From an uncultured archaeon (GTDB lineage Archaea > Asgardarchaeota > Heimdallarchaeia > Heimdallarchaeales > Heimdallarchaeaceae), in contig CAZHRF010000006.1 of assembly GCA_964534625.1 (NCBI GenBank), forward strand, positions 35,298 to 99,297: a stretch of DNA of 64,000 nt. The letters run 5' to 3'. Shown here piece by piece: positions 39,901-54,900 of this stretch (position 1 is its first letter; each line of letters starts with the position of its first letter). The position numbers were made by a program, and so were the translations under genes. The notes below the pieces were generated by a model. It did no database searches and had not been told where the DNA came from. It saw only the letters and a program-made list of their open reading frames with translations.

Positions 39901-42900
39901 CTCTGCTGTAAACGTTTCTCCTTCTGGTGGAAATATATTCCATTGTTTTTGAAAAGTTTCAATGACATTTCTAACATTTATTACTCCTCCTCCAGGTGTC
40001 TCATAAGTAGGTACATACCCGTTTTGATGCTGGTCTATACTATCTCCCGTATACTCTTTTATAATACCTAAATCCTTTAAAACTTTCTTTGTTACCTCAT
40101 CATCAGTATTACTATCTATATATATAATATTCCCATCTTTTTCTTTGGGTTTATATAAACTTTTAGCGTAATTTTTCATTTCCACTTCTATTGCAACTTC
40201 TTCTGTTTCATATCGTATCGTTCCGTCGTCATTTTTTATTTCCCTAATTTTTTCTCCTATCACTACTGCATCTGCACCTGTTACTGATTCTTTTATATCA
40301 GATTTGAATAGACTAGAGATAGCTAAATGAAGATCCGATTGAAAGTTATCATCCTTCCACGCATAATTCTTCTCCATATCATACGCCAATTTTACATCTA
40401 CTAGTTCTCCTGTTGTAGGATCTATTTCTAATTTTAACCATTCCGAAGTCGTAAGTACTATATATCCTCTGGTTTTAAATTGGTCTTTTATTTGTATTTC
40501 CATCCTTTCTAAATATTTCTTTTTTAACGTAGGATTATTTATTATCTCCATAGCTTTAATAAAAGACAATACTTTTTGTTTTATTTCAGCATAATCATTA
40601 CCCAAAATTTTTTTCAAATGTTTAGTTTGTAAAAGTTTTAGTGACCAATTTCGCACTAAATCTTTTATCACATCATCTTTAGTTTGGAAATTACCACCAT
40701 TTTCATTGGCTATATCTCTAAGAACTTCCCAATAGTTATTCTTTTTATTTTCTAGTTTTACTCCCTCGTCGGTCAAAAATGCTTTAAACTCTTTTACTGT
40801 TTCTTCATCTAACCATTTATTGTTTTCTATATCCTCTACAATGTTGAAAACTTTGTTAACAATCTTTGAGGCTTGTTTAGTCTCTTCCCAGTTTACTGAC
40901 CATTGAATCTTTACTAAAAGATATTCTATCAACTGGTGCGTATATAACTCACTTATCACTTTTTTAAACAAACTGTCATCTTCTACCTTAACATTCGTAA
41001 ATTTCTGTGTTCCATCGTTGTTGTGACCTATTGCAATACGTATTTGGTTAGTTGACTCACTTTTCTCTATCCAATGTATTGTACTTATGGCAGGTACTTT
41101 TCCTTTATTGTCTATATTCTGCAGTAATGCTTCACACCAACCTTGAAGTTTCATATAGTTTTGATCAATCAACCACCTAGTATTGTAGGGATCTTTATAC
41201 CCTGAATTTTCTTCCCCATTACCAAATGTCTTTTTTATCGCTTGTATTTCATAATCCTTTATCTTTGGATTTTCTTCCACTAAAGCTCTAAACTCTTCTT
41301 CAGTGATCATTAACCCTTTATATGGTTCATTAAATTGATTATATGCTTTTGCCCATGACTGTTTATTTATCTTAGCCATTAGTGCATCATGTCTTGGACC
41401 ATAATGATCCTGATCTTTCCACACTTCATCGAACTCATCACCAAAGTCATTACCTAATGTTTCTAGCTTTAATCCGATGTTATCATTACCATTTAAAGAT
41501 AAAGATAAAGACGAAGATGAAGATGTAACTTCTCCCTCAGATACACCATAATAACCTAGATTACCCAAAATACTTCCTGCAGGTCCCCAATCATACATAT
41601 CTTCAAACATTTGTTGTATCCAAAAATTACTAGCAAACGATTGAGCATACTGGTAAAAACCATTACCATATGTTTTTTGCATTAATAGTGCAGCCTTTCT
41701 TCCACTTATACCGCTCGTCATTAAAAACAATTGTAGCCCCATAGAAACCAAGTGATGTCTCAATCCTACTACCGTACCCAATGTTGTAGTATATACTGTT
41801 TGTGGCCAAAATATTCCCCATTGAATAAAAGCATTTACCAAGTTAGCTGAAAAAGCAAAATAAGTACCAAAACTCATTTCAAACCCCAGTCTATGTTGGT
41901 TAAATTTGAATGCTTGTTTATGAAAATCTATTTGTGCCAATTCTGCTTCAATTTGTTTGTTAAACAATTCATCCATAAATGAGGAACGGTCAGGATCTTT
42001 AATTGTATCTTTATCAACTTGTTCTTTCAGATATTTTCTCAAATGGTCATAATATCCCTCATTATCTAGTTGTCGTTGAACCATATCCCCTGCATCATGT
42101 GAAGGATCATTCATATTAGATACTATAGCTATCAAATCCATAGGTATTTGTGATATAGCCAAATGTCTAAAGAACGTATCAGGATCAAATAACGCATCTC
42201 TAACATCTTGATAAAGAGCATAGGTATCAAATCGTGCCATAAAGCTTTCCATTATAGACATGAACCTTGACTCTCTTATCCCTAACCCTATATTTAATAA
42301 AGGTAAGACCATATTGTCAGAAAACCCATAGTAAAATTCCCAATGCCATCCATCATCTTCATCAGGTCCATTAAACACTCTATAAATAACTATATCAGCT
42401 AACTGGTTAAATTCACTTGGATTAGGTCTATCATCTGGATGTCCTACTCCTTCTTTTTTAGATGACGGAACATATACTGTTGAAACATTTGCCCCTATAG
42501 TTTCACTTATTGCAACTTTAAATCCAACCTGTCGCAACTTCTCGGCTATATATTTTACTTTAAGGTCATTATTCCACAATTCATCTTGAACATAATCTAG
42601 TTGTTTTTCTGTTCTTACAAGCCCCCACAAAAATCGCATAAAATTATTTTCATTACCTACAGAACCTTGAGGACCTACTTTACTTTCAATCTGATGGTCC
42701 AAAAAGTTCAAATGTAACAATTGGTTAGTATTTGATTGTACATGGGGTACTTCATTGATATTAACAGTACCAGAACACCCTCCAATAATGTTAATCCAAT
42801 ATAACATAAAGAATAATCTACTTAAATAATAGGTGATTTTGGTGTTAAAGCGACCGTAACCAAAACCAATATTATTTGAAAATTCTTGAAATAGGTGCAT

Positions 42901-45900
42901 TACCTCATTCCATTCATAATCACCTTTAAGAAAACCAATAACAGCACGCACAAGAGACATAAAATCTTGATAAAAACCTATTGCACTTTCTTTTATTCTT
43001 TCAAAGGCAGAGGTGAAAAATCTTTCTACTTTAGCGAAGATAACTTTTGCTTTATGTAATACATTATTCCATACATTAGTAATATATTTACCAGGATCAC
43101 TAAAGAAAAGTTCGATTTCATATTGAATAGTTTTAAATGATCCTTCGATAGTAGCCCCTATAAAATTAGGTAATCCAAGACAATCTAATATAATCATGCC
43201 TATCAAAAGTATACCCGCAACTTTAAAAGCCATTTTTAATAACCCCATGGCGAACATGGGAATAGCAAGTCCTCCAGTTAGACCAATAAATATAAGTGCT
43301 CCAGTAAAAACCACTATTGACACTACTATTGTATATGCGAGCATGTGGTCTTTCCAGTTCGCTTTCCAAGTATCATATAATTGTCCAGACTGGACAACGT
43401 TATAAAATTGTTTAATTGGACACCACACGTTATACTTTATATCGCTTACAAACGATTGCCACATTGACTTCGCAGCTTGAATAAATGCCCCTTCCCAATC
43501 ATAATTCATAACATATTCTTCTAGGGTTGCTCTTGCACTCATACGTGTAGAGATATCTAATGTTCTTGTATCCCCGCGTATTTGGTTATAAGTAAATGTT
43601 TTTAACAAATTGGATGTAGATAAAGTATATATTCCGTCTTTTTTATTGTTTATTTCTACTTGTAAAGAGTCAAGAGTATATTTTATATTGTAATCACCCA
43701 ACACAGTAACTTGATCAAATAATAAATTAATTGAAATAGTTTTGTCATTGAGATAAATCTTAAATTGTGTTGCATTAAACTTTTCCAATTCTTCGCGTGT
43801 TATATCAATATGTTCTATGTGTCCTGTATGATAATGTTCACCTAAAACATTCCAATATTCGATATCTATCACGTTATACAAAGTTAAAGATGAACCAACA
43901 TCAGTTAATTGCAAGTCAAAATTATTTCCTTTTACTTGTAATACATTATTGATATCAAGATTGTTGTTTACAACAGAAGAAGAAACATGCAAATAACTCT
44001 GGGTATCTAATGTTGCAGAGTGTGTATTGTGTAAACGCAAATTAGAAGCAGAAAGTTTGTTGGTGTTAGTTGTCGAACAAGGTACTAATTGTTGCACTTC
44101 AATTTTTTGTATTTGTAAATCATGGTATTCATGAGCTGTAAATTGATCATAAATATATGCAATGACAGCATACCCAATCATATCTGTTGGATCCCAATCT
44201 GCTATTCCTATCCATACTACTTTAACTGTATGAAATGCGGTACCATCAAAATAATAATAAGACATTAAATATTTCTTACTTGAATAACTTCTTCTAGCAA
44301 CATCCACAGTTTCCATTCGAGGAACATTTACCCCCCCACGATACTCATCAAGATTCAGATATATCCTTCTCTCTTCCCATTTTTCTAGAATATCTATATG
44401 ATAATCAGTAGGACCAGTAATGGGTTGTATAAATTCATTCATACCTTCAATAGACACAGTAAAGTTTTGGGTATAATTATTAACACCATCGAGGATAAAT
44501 GCAAATGTATGAAAACCACTGTTATGCCACTTTGTAACCTTATCTCCTTTATATGTGTCATTCAAGATATATTGCTTCATATCGAACTTGAATTTACCAT
44601 TTTCATCTGAAAGCAATAATTCATTATTAAATGTTGTACAGTTATGGTCTGTAGGTTGGCGGATAAGAAAACCATCCACATATATAGCTAAAATATGCGA
44701 TAGGTCAATATTACTATGTAAAGTATATTCAAGGTCATTAACCATATCTGTACCATGATATAATGTCGTAGAAACAAAAAGTTGAGTGTTGTTTCCATAA
44801 TGATCTCTCTTATACGTTCCTAACAGGCCTATTTTACCAAACTCAGTTAAAGTCGACGTCCTCAGTTCCATGTGTCCGTCAGTAATATTATTCGTTATTA
44901 TATCGCCATTAATAGGTGTACTTTTTTCTAATAGTTCAGTTAAGAAATAAGACATTGAGTTATTGTTGTAGATAGGGATATAATCAAGGGTATTGTTTAC
45001 CTCTTCTGGTCTAAAATATTCTCCCGTTTTATCTATATATGTCCCAGGATTTGATACCAACCATTCAGAAATAACCGTATGATTATTTTCGTCTAGATGT
45101 GTAGGTAAAGCATTTAACGGTAAATCAAATGAATGATCTAAAACAATTTGTATCTTGAAATATGGTTGATGTATTTGACTAATAGAACTATTTAAACCAT
45201 TATTATGTAGTCGGAATATAAAACTATGATATCCCCCTACAAGTCTTATTGGGATGTTTGTTGAATACACTTCATACTCTGTTGCACATTCATAATCAAA
45301 TCTATGAACAATAGGCGTGCTGGTCATAAAGGGTATGTTTGTTTCAATTACAAGCGAACCTATACTTTCTACATATGTTTTTACATTAAAAGCCAGATTA
45401 AAGGAAAATGTATCTTCAAAAGATAAATCAAGTTGATCGTTTAAATGAATAGTACCCAAATCATTTCCAGGCAATCTGGTCCAAATACTTTCTGAACCCA
45501 TTAAAATACTAGGTAAATTCTCACTTGGATTAATAGAGGGTACATCAATATAAAAATTAATGTCTTTTATATCTGTTAAAGAAGAACCACTAGTGATGGT
45601 AAATTTATAGTCATTTATACCATCATTAAAGTTTCCAACAGAAGCTAAAGTATACAAATTAACTAACGCATCTTCTGGATCTGTATAGTTAAAAATATTT
45701 GACGTATCAGTCTGTCCCATTTCTGCGTCATTTATATATTTAAGTAACCCTGCATAATTAAGGGCATAATAATGCCATGCTGAATCGTCCTTTATACGAT
45801 CATAATATTTTATTTCGTTATATGTTTCAAACCCAGTAGTAACCATATCTTGTGAGTTAACACCTATGGAATCTAAATAACTATCACCTAATATGATTTT

Positions 45901-48900
45901 TAAATACATCTCTTTTGAGTCTATTAAATAATCGTCATAAAATGTAGCTTTGAGAGGCAAAGCAATTTCAATATATTGACCAACAGGTAATCGATAAGCG
46001 AATTCAATATTTGAAGTAGCTTGCTCTATCGTAAAATCTTCAAGTACAAAATTTCCATTAAAATCTTGTATGGCAATGTTATATTTACTATCAGACATTT
46101 TTGCACTAGCATTAGTTGGTTGTGTGTATAGATATTTCACAACAGGTTGGGAATACCCTAAAGCTATTCGATCAAATTCTATAACATTTGAAAATATTAA
46201 CGTATAGCGATGTAACCCATGTGTATTGAAACCTTGTAACATGATAATTACAGGATGATTAGTAGCAAATGGTTCATATTTAACGACTTTATGTGCTATC
46301 TCTTTTCCATTGCCTAACACTGTAATGTTTGTAGTTCCAAAAATGGGGTTCATTACTAATTGTAAATAACTTGTTTTTCTATATAGATAATTACTAAACA
46401 GAGGATTAGAGGTAAATACCCACGTATCTTTATCTTTTTTAGTAAATAATGAATTTAGCGTATTAATAGCAATATTGTTGAAATATACGCTCCCTTTTGT
46501 AGTATTTATGTTAATAGTATACTCATACCCTACAAAAATATTAGGGTGATAATCATTGAACTCCCATGATTTCAGTTCTTCAAACCTTGTTATATCATTA
46601 AGAGTAAGATTAACAAAAGTTGAATTGAAGTAATAGGTAAGTTTATACCCTTTATTAGAGGATAATATGTAATTAAGATTTGTAGCATTAACATATAACG
46701 CATTGTCAATTATACTAATATTAAATAAGATATCGTCAAAGTAGGAACTTAAAATATTCATAGTAGTTGAACCATTTAAAGCAAATGTAGTTGTAAAAAC
46801 GCCTAATTTTTCTGTATAATTCCCCATAAGATAGACATTTGACATAGAATTATTACGTAATTCCAAGCTATATTCTGACTGACCTTTTAACCAATAACTG
46901 ATTTCTCCTGCTCCTACTAATCCCCTACCCGATGAATAAGTTAAAGGTTGTGCGACAAATTTACCGTTACGAACCTCATCAATATAAGCCATTGTATTAG
47001 TTGTTCGTACAAACAGTTTTACTTGTTCATTCCAAGATCTAAATCCTGGTTCTAAAAGACCACCTTTAAACGTATGAGAAGCTAATGTTGTGTTAATATC
47101 ATTTGCTCCATAAATAGTAAAGGTTACGTCCCCCGTTGAATCATCTATTCTCATTCCCACTTTATATAACTGATCAGATTTAGCTCTTTCATGAGTTAAT
47201 ATCATGTAGTCTGTAAGACCACCATACAGTTTGAACCCATCATTTTCCCAAATTATAGAAACTTCATGACCATGTTCGTTTACCAAACCTATTTCAATAT
47301 AATGATCCCAATCATCAGGATCATCCTCCCAATTGTAATTTAAGTTTTCATCTAAATACAAACCCGCTTGAAGACCAACATTTTGCAATATATTACTAAG
47401 AGTAATCAGATAATTTACATCTTCCATCTTTTGCCAATTTGTACTTACTTCACCATTAATCCATGTTCCTCCTACAGATAATGAACCGATACCATCATTG
47501 ATATTCAAGTAATCTCCTGCATATCCCGACGTTATAGGATATATTGACAGACTATTGTAATAGTAATTAGAATGATTTCCGTAGATACCCACATATCCAT
47601 TATGGTTAGAATCAAGAGTAATTGATGTAGTATCAGCAAACCACTCAGTTTTACATCTATATTCACCATCAGATATAACTTGTCTTTCTTGTTCATCGGT
47701 AAAAGCAGATAATTGGAACACACGATAGGCTTTAGCAAAGATATCATACTTTACTAAGTTAGTGTCAGTTATAGATTTCTTAATATAAAGCTTCATAGGT
47801 TGAATATTATAATTTTGTGCTTCCCATTCGAGATCTCCCAATTTATGCGTAATAGAGTTCCCAAGGTTGATAAATTTATTTTCATATAAAACAGTATACG
47901 TATCAAATGATCCAGTAAACTTTGCCACAAACAAACTTGTTGGATACGAAGCATTCATATCTTCAACTGTTTTAAACCCAATAAACAAAGATTCAACTAT
48001 TCCATTTTCACTATCGATAGATGGAATGTCAATTACAATACCTGCTAGTTCTCTACCGTTTTCTTGATAATGGTATTGTTTATGGCTCATTTCTACTTCC
48101 AATACGTATTCGCCAAAACTATTACTATCAAGATACGCTGCACTGTTAGTTCCATTATAAAAAGCAGGAGCTAACATGTCGTATTCATTTTTCTCGTTAA
48201 ACTTCCCATGAGTAACTACAAAATTATGGTTAAAATCAGGAGAATGGGGTTCGTCAAATACATAATGTTCCTTTTGACTATATCCATTAATGTTAATTAA
48301 TTTTATTGAATACAAGGAGACCAAAGTATCATTATATATATCGAGAGAGTAAGAATTAACTGTGTTTATTCCATGTTCAACTAATGAAAATTGTTCTAAA
48401 AGCGTAAAATTAAATGTGTGTTGGTTGTTAATTCCAACAGTAATATATTCAGATGTATGGGTTTGGATGATCTGGTAATTTTTACTACTAGTAAAAGTTT
48501 TCTGTAAAGATATCGGACCATTTAACAACAAATTCCCAAATACATTGTTAACCGATAAATGGTCAACAAAATAATAATAAAATACTCTAAGTAAAAGTTC
48601 AGTATCTAATGCTTGCAAGAACCCATATTTTGCACCTATATAGTCTCCATACCAAGCATAATCAAACCATAACGGTTCGGTATCAATCAAATCACCATGT
48701 TCTGTTTTGTTATATATTACTCCAGTAGCATTATAATAAGTCGATAATCCTCCAAAACCATATAAATCACTAGCGTTAACCATCCATTCGGGATTATACT
48801 GTTGTAACCCAACATCATTCCCTCTAGAACTAATGTTAAGATTAATATCATTGGGGATATAATTGGTATCTATAACTCTTCCAAAATACTTGTTTACTAT

Positions 48901-51900
48901 TTCTGTAGGAATTGTAGTGATCGTACTTCCTCCACTTTCCACTTTATATTTAAAAGGTTGAGAACCTGCCCACAAAAGATAATGACCTTTATCATACCAC
49001 TCTTCCAACTTTATTTTTTCAAAAGGTCTCCCATAATTATCATACCAATAATAATATTCGACTAGGTAATCGGGTATTTGATCAAATATAACAAGCATAT
49101 GTCTTTTATCACTATTTTCTATAGTATTTTCATACCATGTTGGAAATGCTTCATCATTTGCATAAAAATAATTTATCGATACATCTTTAAACGTAGATTT
49201 GAAATAAGTATAAATATCCCATTCTGTTGTCATTCTTTCGGTAGATATTCCATGTCCTATCAAGAAGGTAATAACCAAATTATTATTTGTAGAATATCCT
49301 ACATCAGCATAAGAATCCTCGTTGGCTTCTTCAATATGATTATATTCATAATTTAAAATTTTATACACTTCAATATTTCTTATAGTAAAGGATACACTAC
49401 TATTAACTTGTATGGCCAATTGGCCAATTGCTTGGTCAATATTGGGGTACAATATTTCATATAAATTCTTGTGAATGGTAACAAATCCTTTTTTACGATC
49501 AGTAAATGGAGTAATATCATACAATTCTTCATTGATAATCAACTGTATTCTACTATCTTTGCATAATTCATCCGTCATAATTTCTAAAGCCAAAAATGGA
49601 TAATTTGCAACATTAATAGGTTGATGATTAATTACTATGATCCCTGGACTACCAATTGAATCATTATAACTCACTCGTAAGATATTAAAATTAAAATTAA
49701 CATCGAATCCTTCTGTATAGGGATAGTAATTGAACGTTGAGGAACTAAAAGAAGTTATAGTAAACATTTTTTCCGTTGTAAATACATTCTCTGCCCAATA
49801 ATTAGTACTTGAATAGTTATCAAAAGTATCTGCCCATCCGATACCATCTGACATATATTCGTAATCTTGTTCCGCTTCACTACTAGAACCGATATCAGTA
49901 GCTCGTAACGTGTGGAGTTGTACAGGGACACGTCTATCTATCATTATAACAACTTCATATAACCCCTCATACCCGATAATAACTAATGAATGAGTATGGA
50001 CATCAAAATCGGTATCTAAAAAGATTATACTGCCAACATATATGGCATTGTTCATATCAAATATACTGTCAATTTCTAGCAAATAGATATTAAATGTCAA
50101 TCTTTCTGTTGTATTATCACCAATATAATAATTAGTTGTAGCTGTAATAGAAAACCTTGTTTCATTTTGAAGATACATATCATAAGACGCTATGAAATTT
50201 TCTTCTTCTGGCGATTCTCTTTCAACTAAAGTTGTCTCATCATATGTTGCTTCACTACCTAACGTTATCTCCTTTAATCTAAATGTATTAGGATAAATAT
50301 CTTGAGTATATATTCCTGTTTGAGTAATTTTTACCGCAAAAATATTCGAGACCATACTTTTTGTAATAGTACCATCTGCACTTAAGCTAGATTGTAGAGG
50401 AACATAATAATCTCCTCTATATAATCCCAACTTTAATTCATTGTCATATCGCCCAAACCTCACCCATTGTTCGATCTCGTTGGTTGTATCATCCACATAC
50501 GAACTTACTAAAACGTCATATGCATATAAATTGATAATGAATGTATTGTTTTTCGTTGTAAATTCTAATTTGAAAACAGTATCATAACAATTATCTAAAA
50601 ATTCTATATATGTCGAACCTTGAGAATTATAGTTTACTGTTGTATTTATTAAAGCATTTAACAAGAAATTATCTATTAACACCATCTCTTTCCAATACGT
50701 TCTCCCTCTTTCTTTATTCGAATAATCACCAAACAAAAATTGTGTTTGAAGCCCATCAGAAATATCATAAGGCACATCATTAGTATGTGTAAGACCATAT
50801 GTATATGTGGTAAAATCTTCAATAGTATTAAACATTGTACTATAATCTGGTGCAACAAAAGAATTGATGATTTCAAAAGGAGCAGGATTAGATATTGGAG
50901 TAGAATAAGCATTAATATACATTGCATCAACTCTCATACTATGCGTATTTTCGTTTTTACCCAAAGAAAGTTGTTTGATTTTTATTCTATCAATATAGAT
51001 ATGTTCAATATCGCTAGTAAAAGAAAACAAAGTAGATAATTGTTCTTGATCTCCATAATTGGTTGACACATGTATAGTATCTTTATCTCTGTGTATCCTA
51101 AACACATATGCATCTATATTTTCATAAAATGTTATTTCTTCGTGTAAAACTCCTTGAATATATAATCCCATATCAATAGAGGTAGGAGTAGTAGAACTAA
51201 AACATAATTCCATGAAGTTTGGATATTGAAGATGATCTTCAAGAACAAAAGACATCTTACCATATGTTCCGTCAAGTAAATAATCAATTAAAAGATCAAA
51301 TACAAAATCTCTTTGGAACATATATAGGTGGGAGTAAATATTACCATACCATTCGTTTTCTTTATACTCTCTTGTAAAATTAGTGGATAATTGTGTTGTA
51401 TTGACCAAATTGTAATTAAGATTATAATAATTATATCCTGAAATATCCCAATTGCTAATTTCCGAGAAATGTTCGTTTATAATTAGATGTCCTTCATCCC
51501 AAGGATTACCATATTCATTTGCTGAACTATCCTTAACTGCTATATGTTTTAGATTGACCTCAATAGGTGTAGTAGGCTGTAATAAAGTAACAAGTTCAAT
51601 TGAACTTATAGTATATGTTGATGTCTCTGTTTGTAAAAGAGGACTAAGTTGATTTTGAATATTAATATCAGTATAAATGATAATAGTAGTACCTTCTTTA
51701 ACTATTCTTAATGTATTAAACAATAGTGAACTTTTGTCTATTACAATTGAATCGGTGCCTACATCAGTTACCATTTCTATATACATGTTTTGCCCATCAA
51801 ACTGAATGTGTAGATAATTATACATGTTATTTAATGAAAGATAGAAATCTCCTGTTCTCTCTACACCTTTTATACTTAATAATAGATCTAATGTAAAATC

Positions 51901-54900
51901 ATAATCTGTTGTAACTGATCGAGTTAAAGAAACAGTTGCAGTAGAACTTAAAGTAGTAAGGGGTTCAATAAGTAAGCCTTCTCTATCATTAATAAACCCA
52001 ATATCAGAACTAGAGCATCCATCAAACATCGCTATCCAATTAGATTCTAAATAAGATTCGTAAATATTCTCTTGTAATTTATATTCTAAAGATGATTCAC
52101 TTGTACTATATGCACTCCCTGCCCAATAATACTCATCAACATAAATATTATCAACATAAAAGTTAGCATAACTGTGATCAAGATATGTTTCTTGTGAGAT
52201 CGATATGGTATTAATTTCAAAATTTTCCGTAGAGGTATAACTAATACTTTCTGTGTTTTGGTTATCAGTATAAATTATATCCCATTTACTAGAATCTTTT
52301 TTAATGGTAAAAAACAGATGTGTATCTTGTTCAATATACCATGTAGAGAAGGTTTTAGTGTGTATATTTATTCCGTCAATTATAATATCTAACGTTACAG
52401 TATGGTCTGTTTCACTTAAATCATGTAAAATCAAAGATAATGTTTGTTCATTCGTACCAAAAGATATTTTTTGGATACCTATAGCTGTATTATCAATAGT
52501 ATGTGTGTCATCATTCAAATTCCAAGTCGACATCAGATGTAATTCTGTATTAATAACTAAACAATCCGCATATGCTTGGTTATGTGTAAGATAAATCCCA
52601 TGATATCCTGTTCCAGTTTCAGAAACAAAATCTAACATATTGCTATCAGTTACTGGTTCAAATAATGTAGTTAGAAACCCATGTTCAGTAGATGCGATAT
52701 CATCTCCGTTGGAAGAAAGGTTCCAATTATCCAAATCAGTATCAAATGTTTCTTCAAATAATCTATGTCTAAGAGTTGTATATCCTTCTCTAGTATATAA
52801 TGCACTATCAGTAAACTTAAGATCAAAATTATCAGTAGATTTTATTCGAACTTGTATTGCACTTATTCCTTGATAAATACTTGGAGAATGAATAGTTGTA
52901 TTAAATATTATAACATTATCCACGCTAAAAATAACCGTATCATTAGTTTTTATGAGTTCATAGTTTCCTAAATTGCTTTCTGTATCCGCAACACCATATT
53001 CGTATCCGTCGACAATTAAATAATATCTATTCCCTTTTCTACCCACAATTATAAAAGGTGAATTGGCGTTATTACATAACCTTATTTGTACATCATCTTC
53101 CGCAGAAATAGCAGAAATATATTCGAGGTTAATATATAATTTAATATCACCTGCTATTGCAGTTAGTTTTTCTAATATTGCAGTTGAATGTGTCAAATTT
53201 TGATTTTGATCTATATCAACTAAATAATTACCGTTATCATTCAAAATGCTAATACTATCGCCTATAGTTGAACTAGTAAAAATATCTGTGACAATAGTAG
53301 AAGAATACTCTTGTGTCCATACTTCTCCTGTTGAATGAAGTGAATTATCATCATTCTCTACAAGATGAGGATAAAATATTTCATTTGTAGAATCAGTATA
53401 ATCATACGCATCTTCATACCCTGAATTTTCATCCCCTGCATAAACAAGCATGTTGTTATTTATATACGCCTTATTGCCCTTTCTATAATAATCCCATGCT
53501 TGTCTTGACTGTCCAAACGGTGTTGCACCCGAAAACCCTAATTCGTCAAAATATAAATCCCATGAAAAAGGCGTAAGAACTTCAAAAGATAAAATACTGT
53601 TAAATCGCAAAAGGTTAGGATTGATAGGACAATTTATGCGAACAAGCCCTTTTCCTTTTTCAAGTACCATTTTAGCTAATAATTGTCTTGCTATCCCTTT
53701 ATCTTCTATTTCATCTATATAAAAAGCAACAGTTACGTCTTTTGGACCAGTATTCATAGCTCGAAGATGTAATCTATTTGCTGCAAAAGGTTCTCTTGTC
53801 AATATAGACAATGAACTAACATCAGCGATAATATTTTCTATCATAAAACCGATTAATTGAGGTTCATATGCACTTGTAAATGCTCCTAAATGTACTTCAT
53901 TAGATATATGAACTGTGGTTCCATTCTTATCAAATGTTAACTCAACAGAATATTCTTTATCTGTCTCTATTTCCATTACCTTTTCAGAAATGGTATTAAA
54001 TGAACCGTATCCCAAATGTTTTACAATCCTAACTATATCATCACTATCTGGATTATATACAAATTGCAAAGCATAGCCCACATCTGAAACATTATCATAA
54101 TTAAAAAGTAAAGAGAAAATAGATGGGGTAGTTTCACCTACTTCTTTTAATGAAAAATCAAAATTGACCTTATAACTATCTTCTAGAGTTAAATGAGTTA
54201 AACATGATTGAGAAAATCCAGTTGTATGAGTTGCATTTAACCTTAATTTGCCATCAATAATATAGGTATAATTGCTATCATATGTCCAATCGGTATAGAG
54301 ATCAGTTCCAAAAGAAGGTGATTCGTATATAGGAATAGTATTTTCTATTAAATAGGATACATATCCTCCATCAACATTTGTATCAAGACGTAATACTCTC
54401 TCGTTAATTATGCCTATATCTTGTCCATTTCCATATACCCGTTCAACAGTTGCAATACCCGTTTTGTATATACTTTTCGAAAACTCTTCGGCGTTTATTA
54501 TTTCACCTGGTGTATATCTATATTCATCTCTTTCACTATCTATATAGAGATAATTCATAACCAACCCAGTATCTACTTGGTTGGTATTATTAAACCACGA
54601 TATACGAATGTCTATATGTACATATTGTCCTGCCCACCTATCTAAATTTACATCATCAAATGTCGGTACACCATCAAGATATTCATATTTTGATACAAGT
54701 GAATGGTATAAATATGGATCATCAGCCGAATATAAATCAATTCCAATGTGATAACCTGTTTCTTCATTATTAACCAAAGACAAAAACATATAAGACAAAG
54801 ACAGTCTTGTTGATGAAGGTAATTGCATATAGAAATGATAAGATCTTTTTCCACTTTCAATTCCATTAACAGGGAAAAACCTTGCATTATGTCCTAGTTC

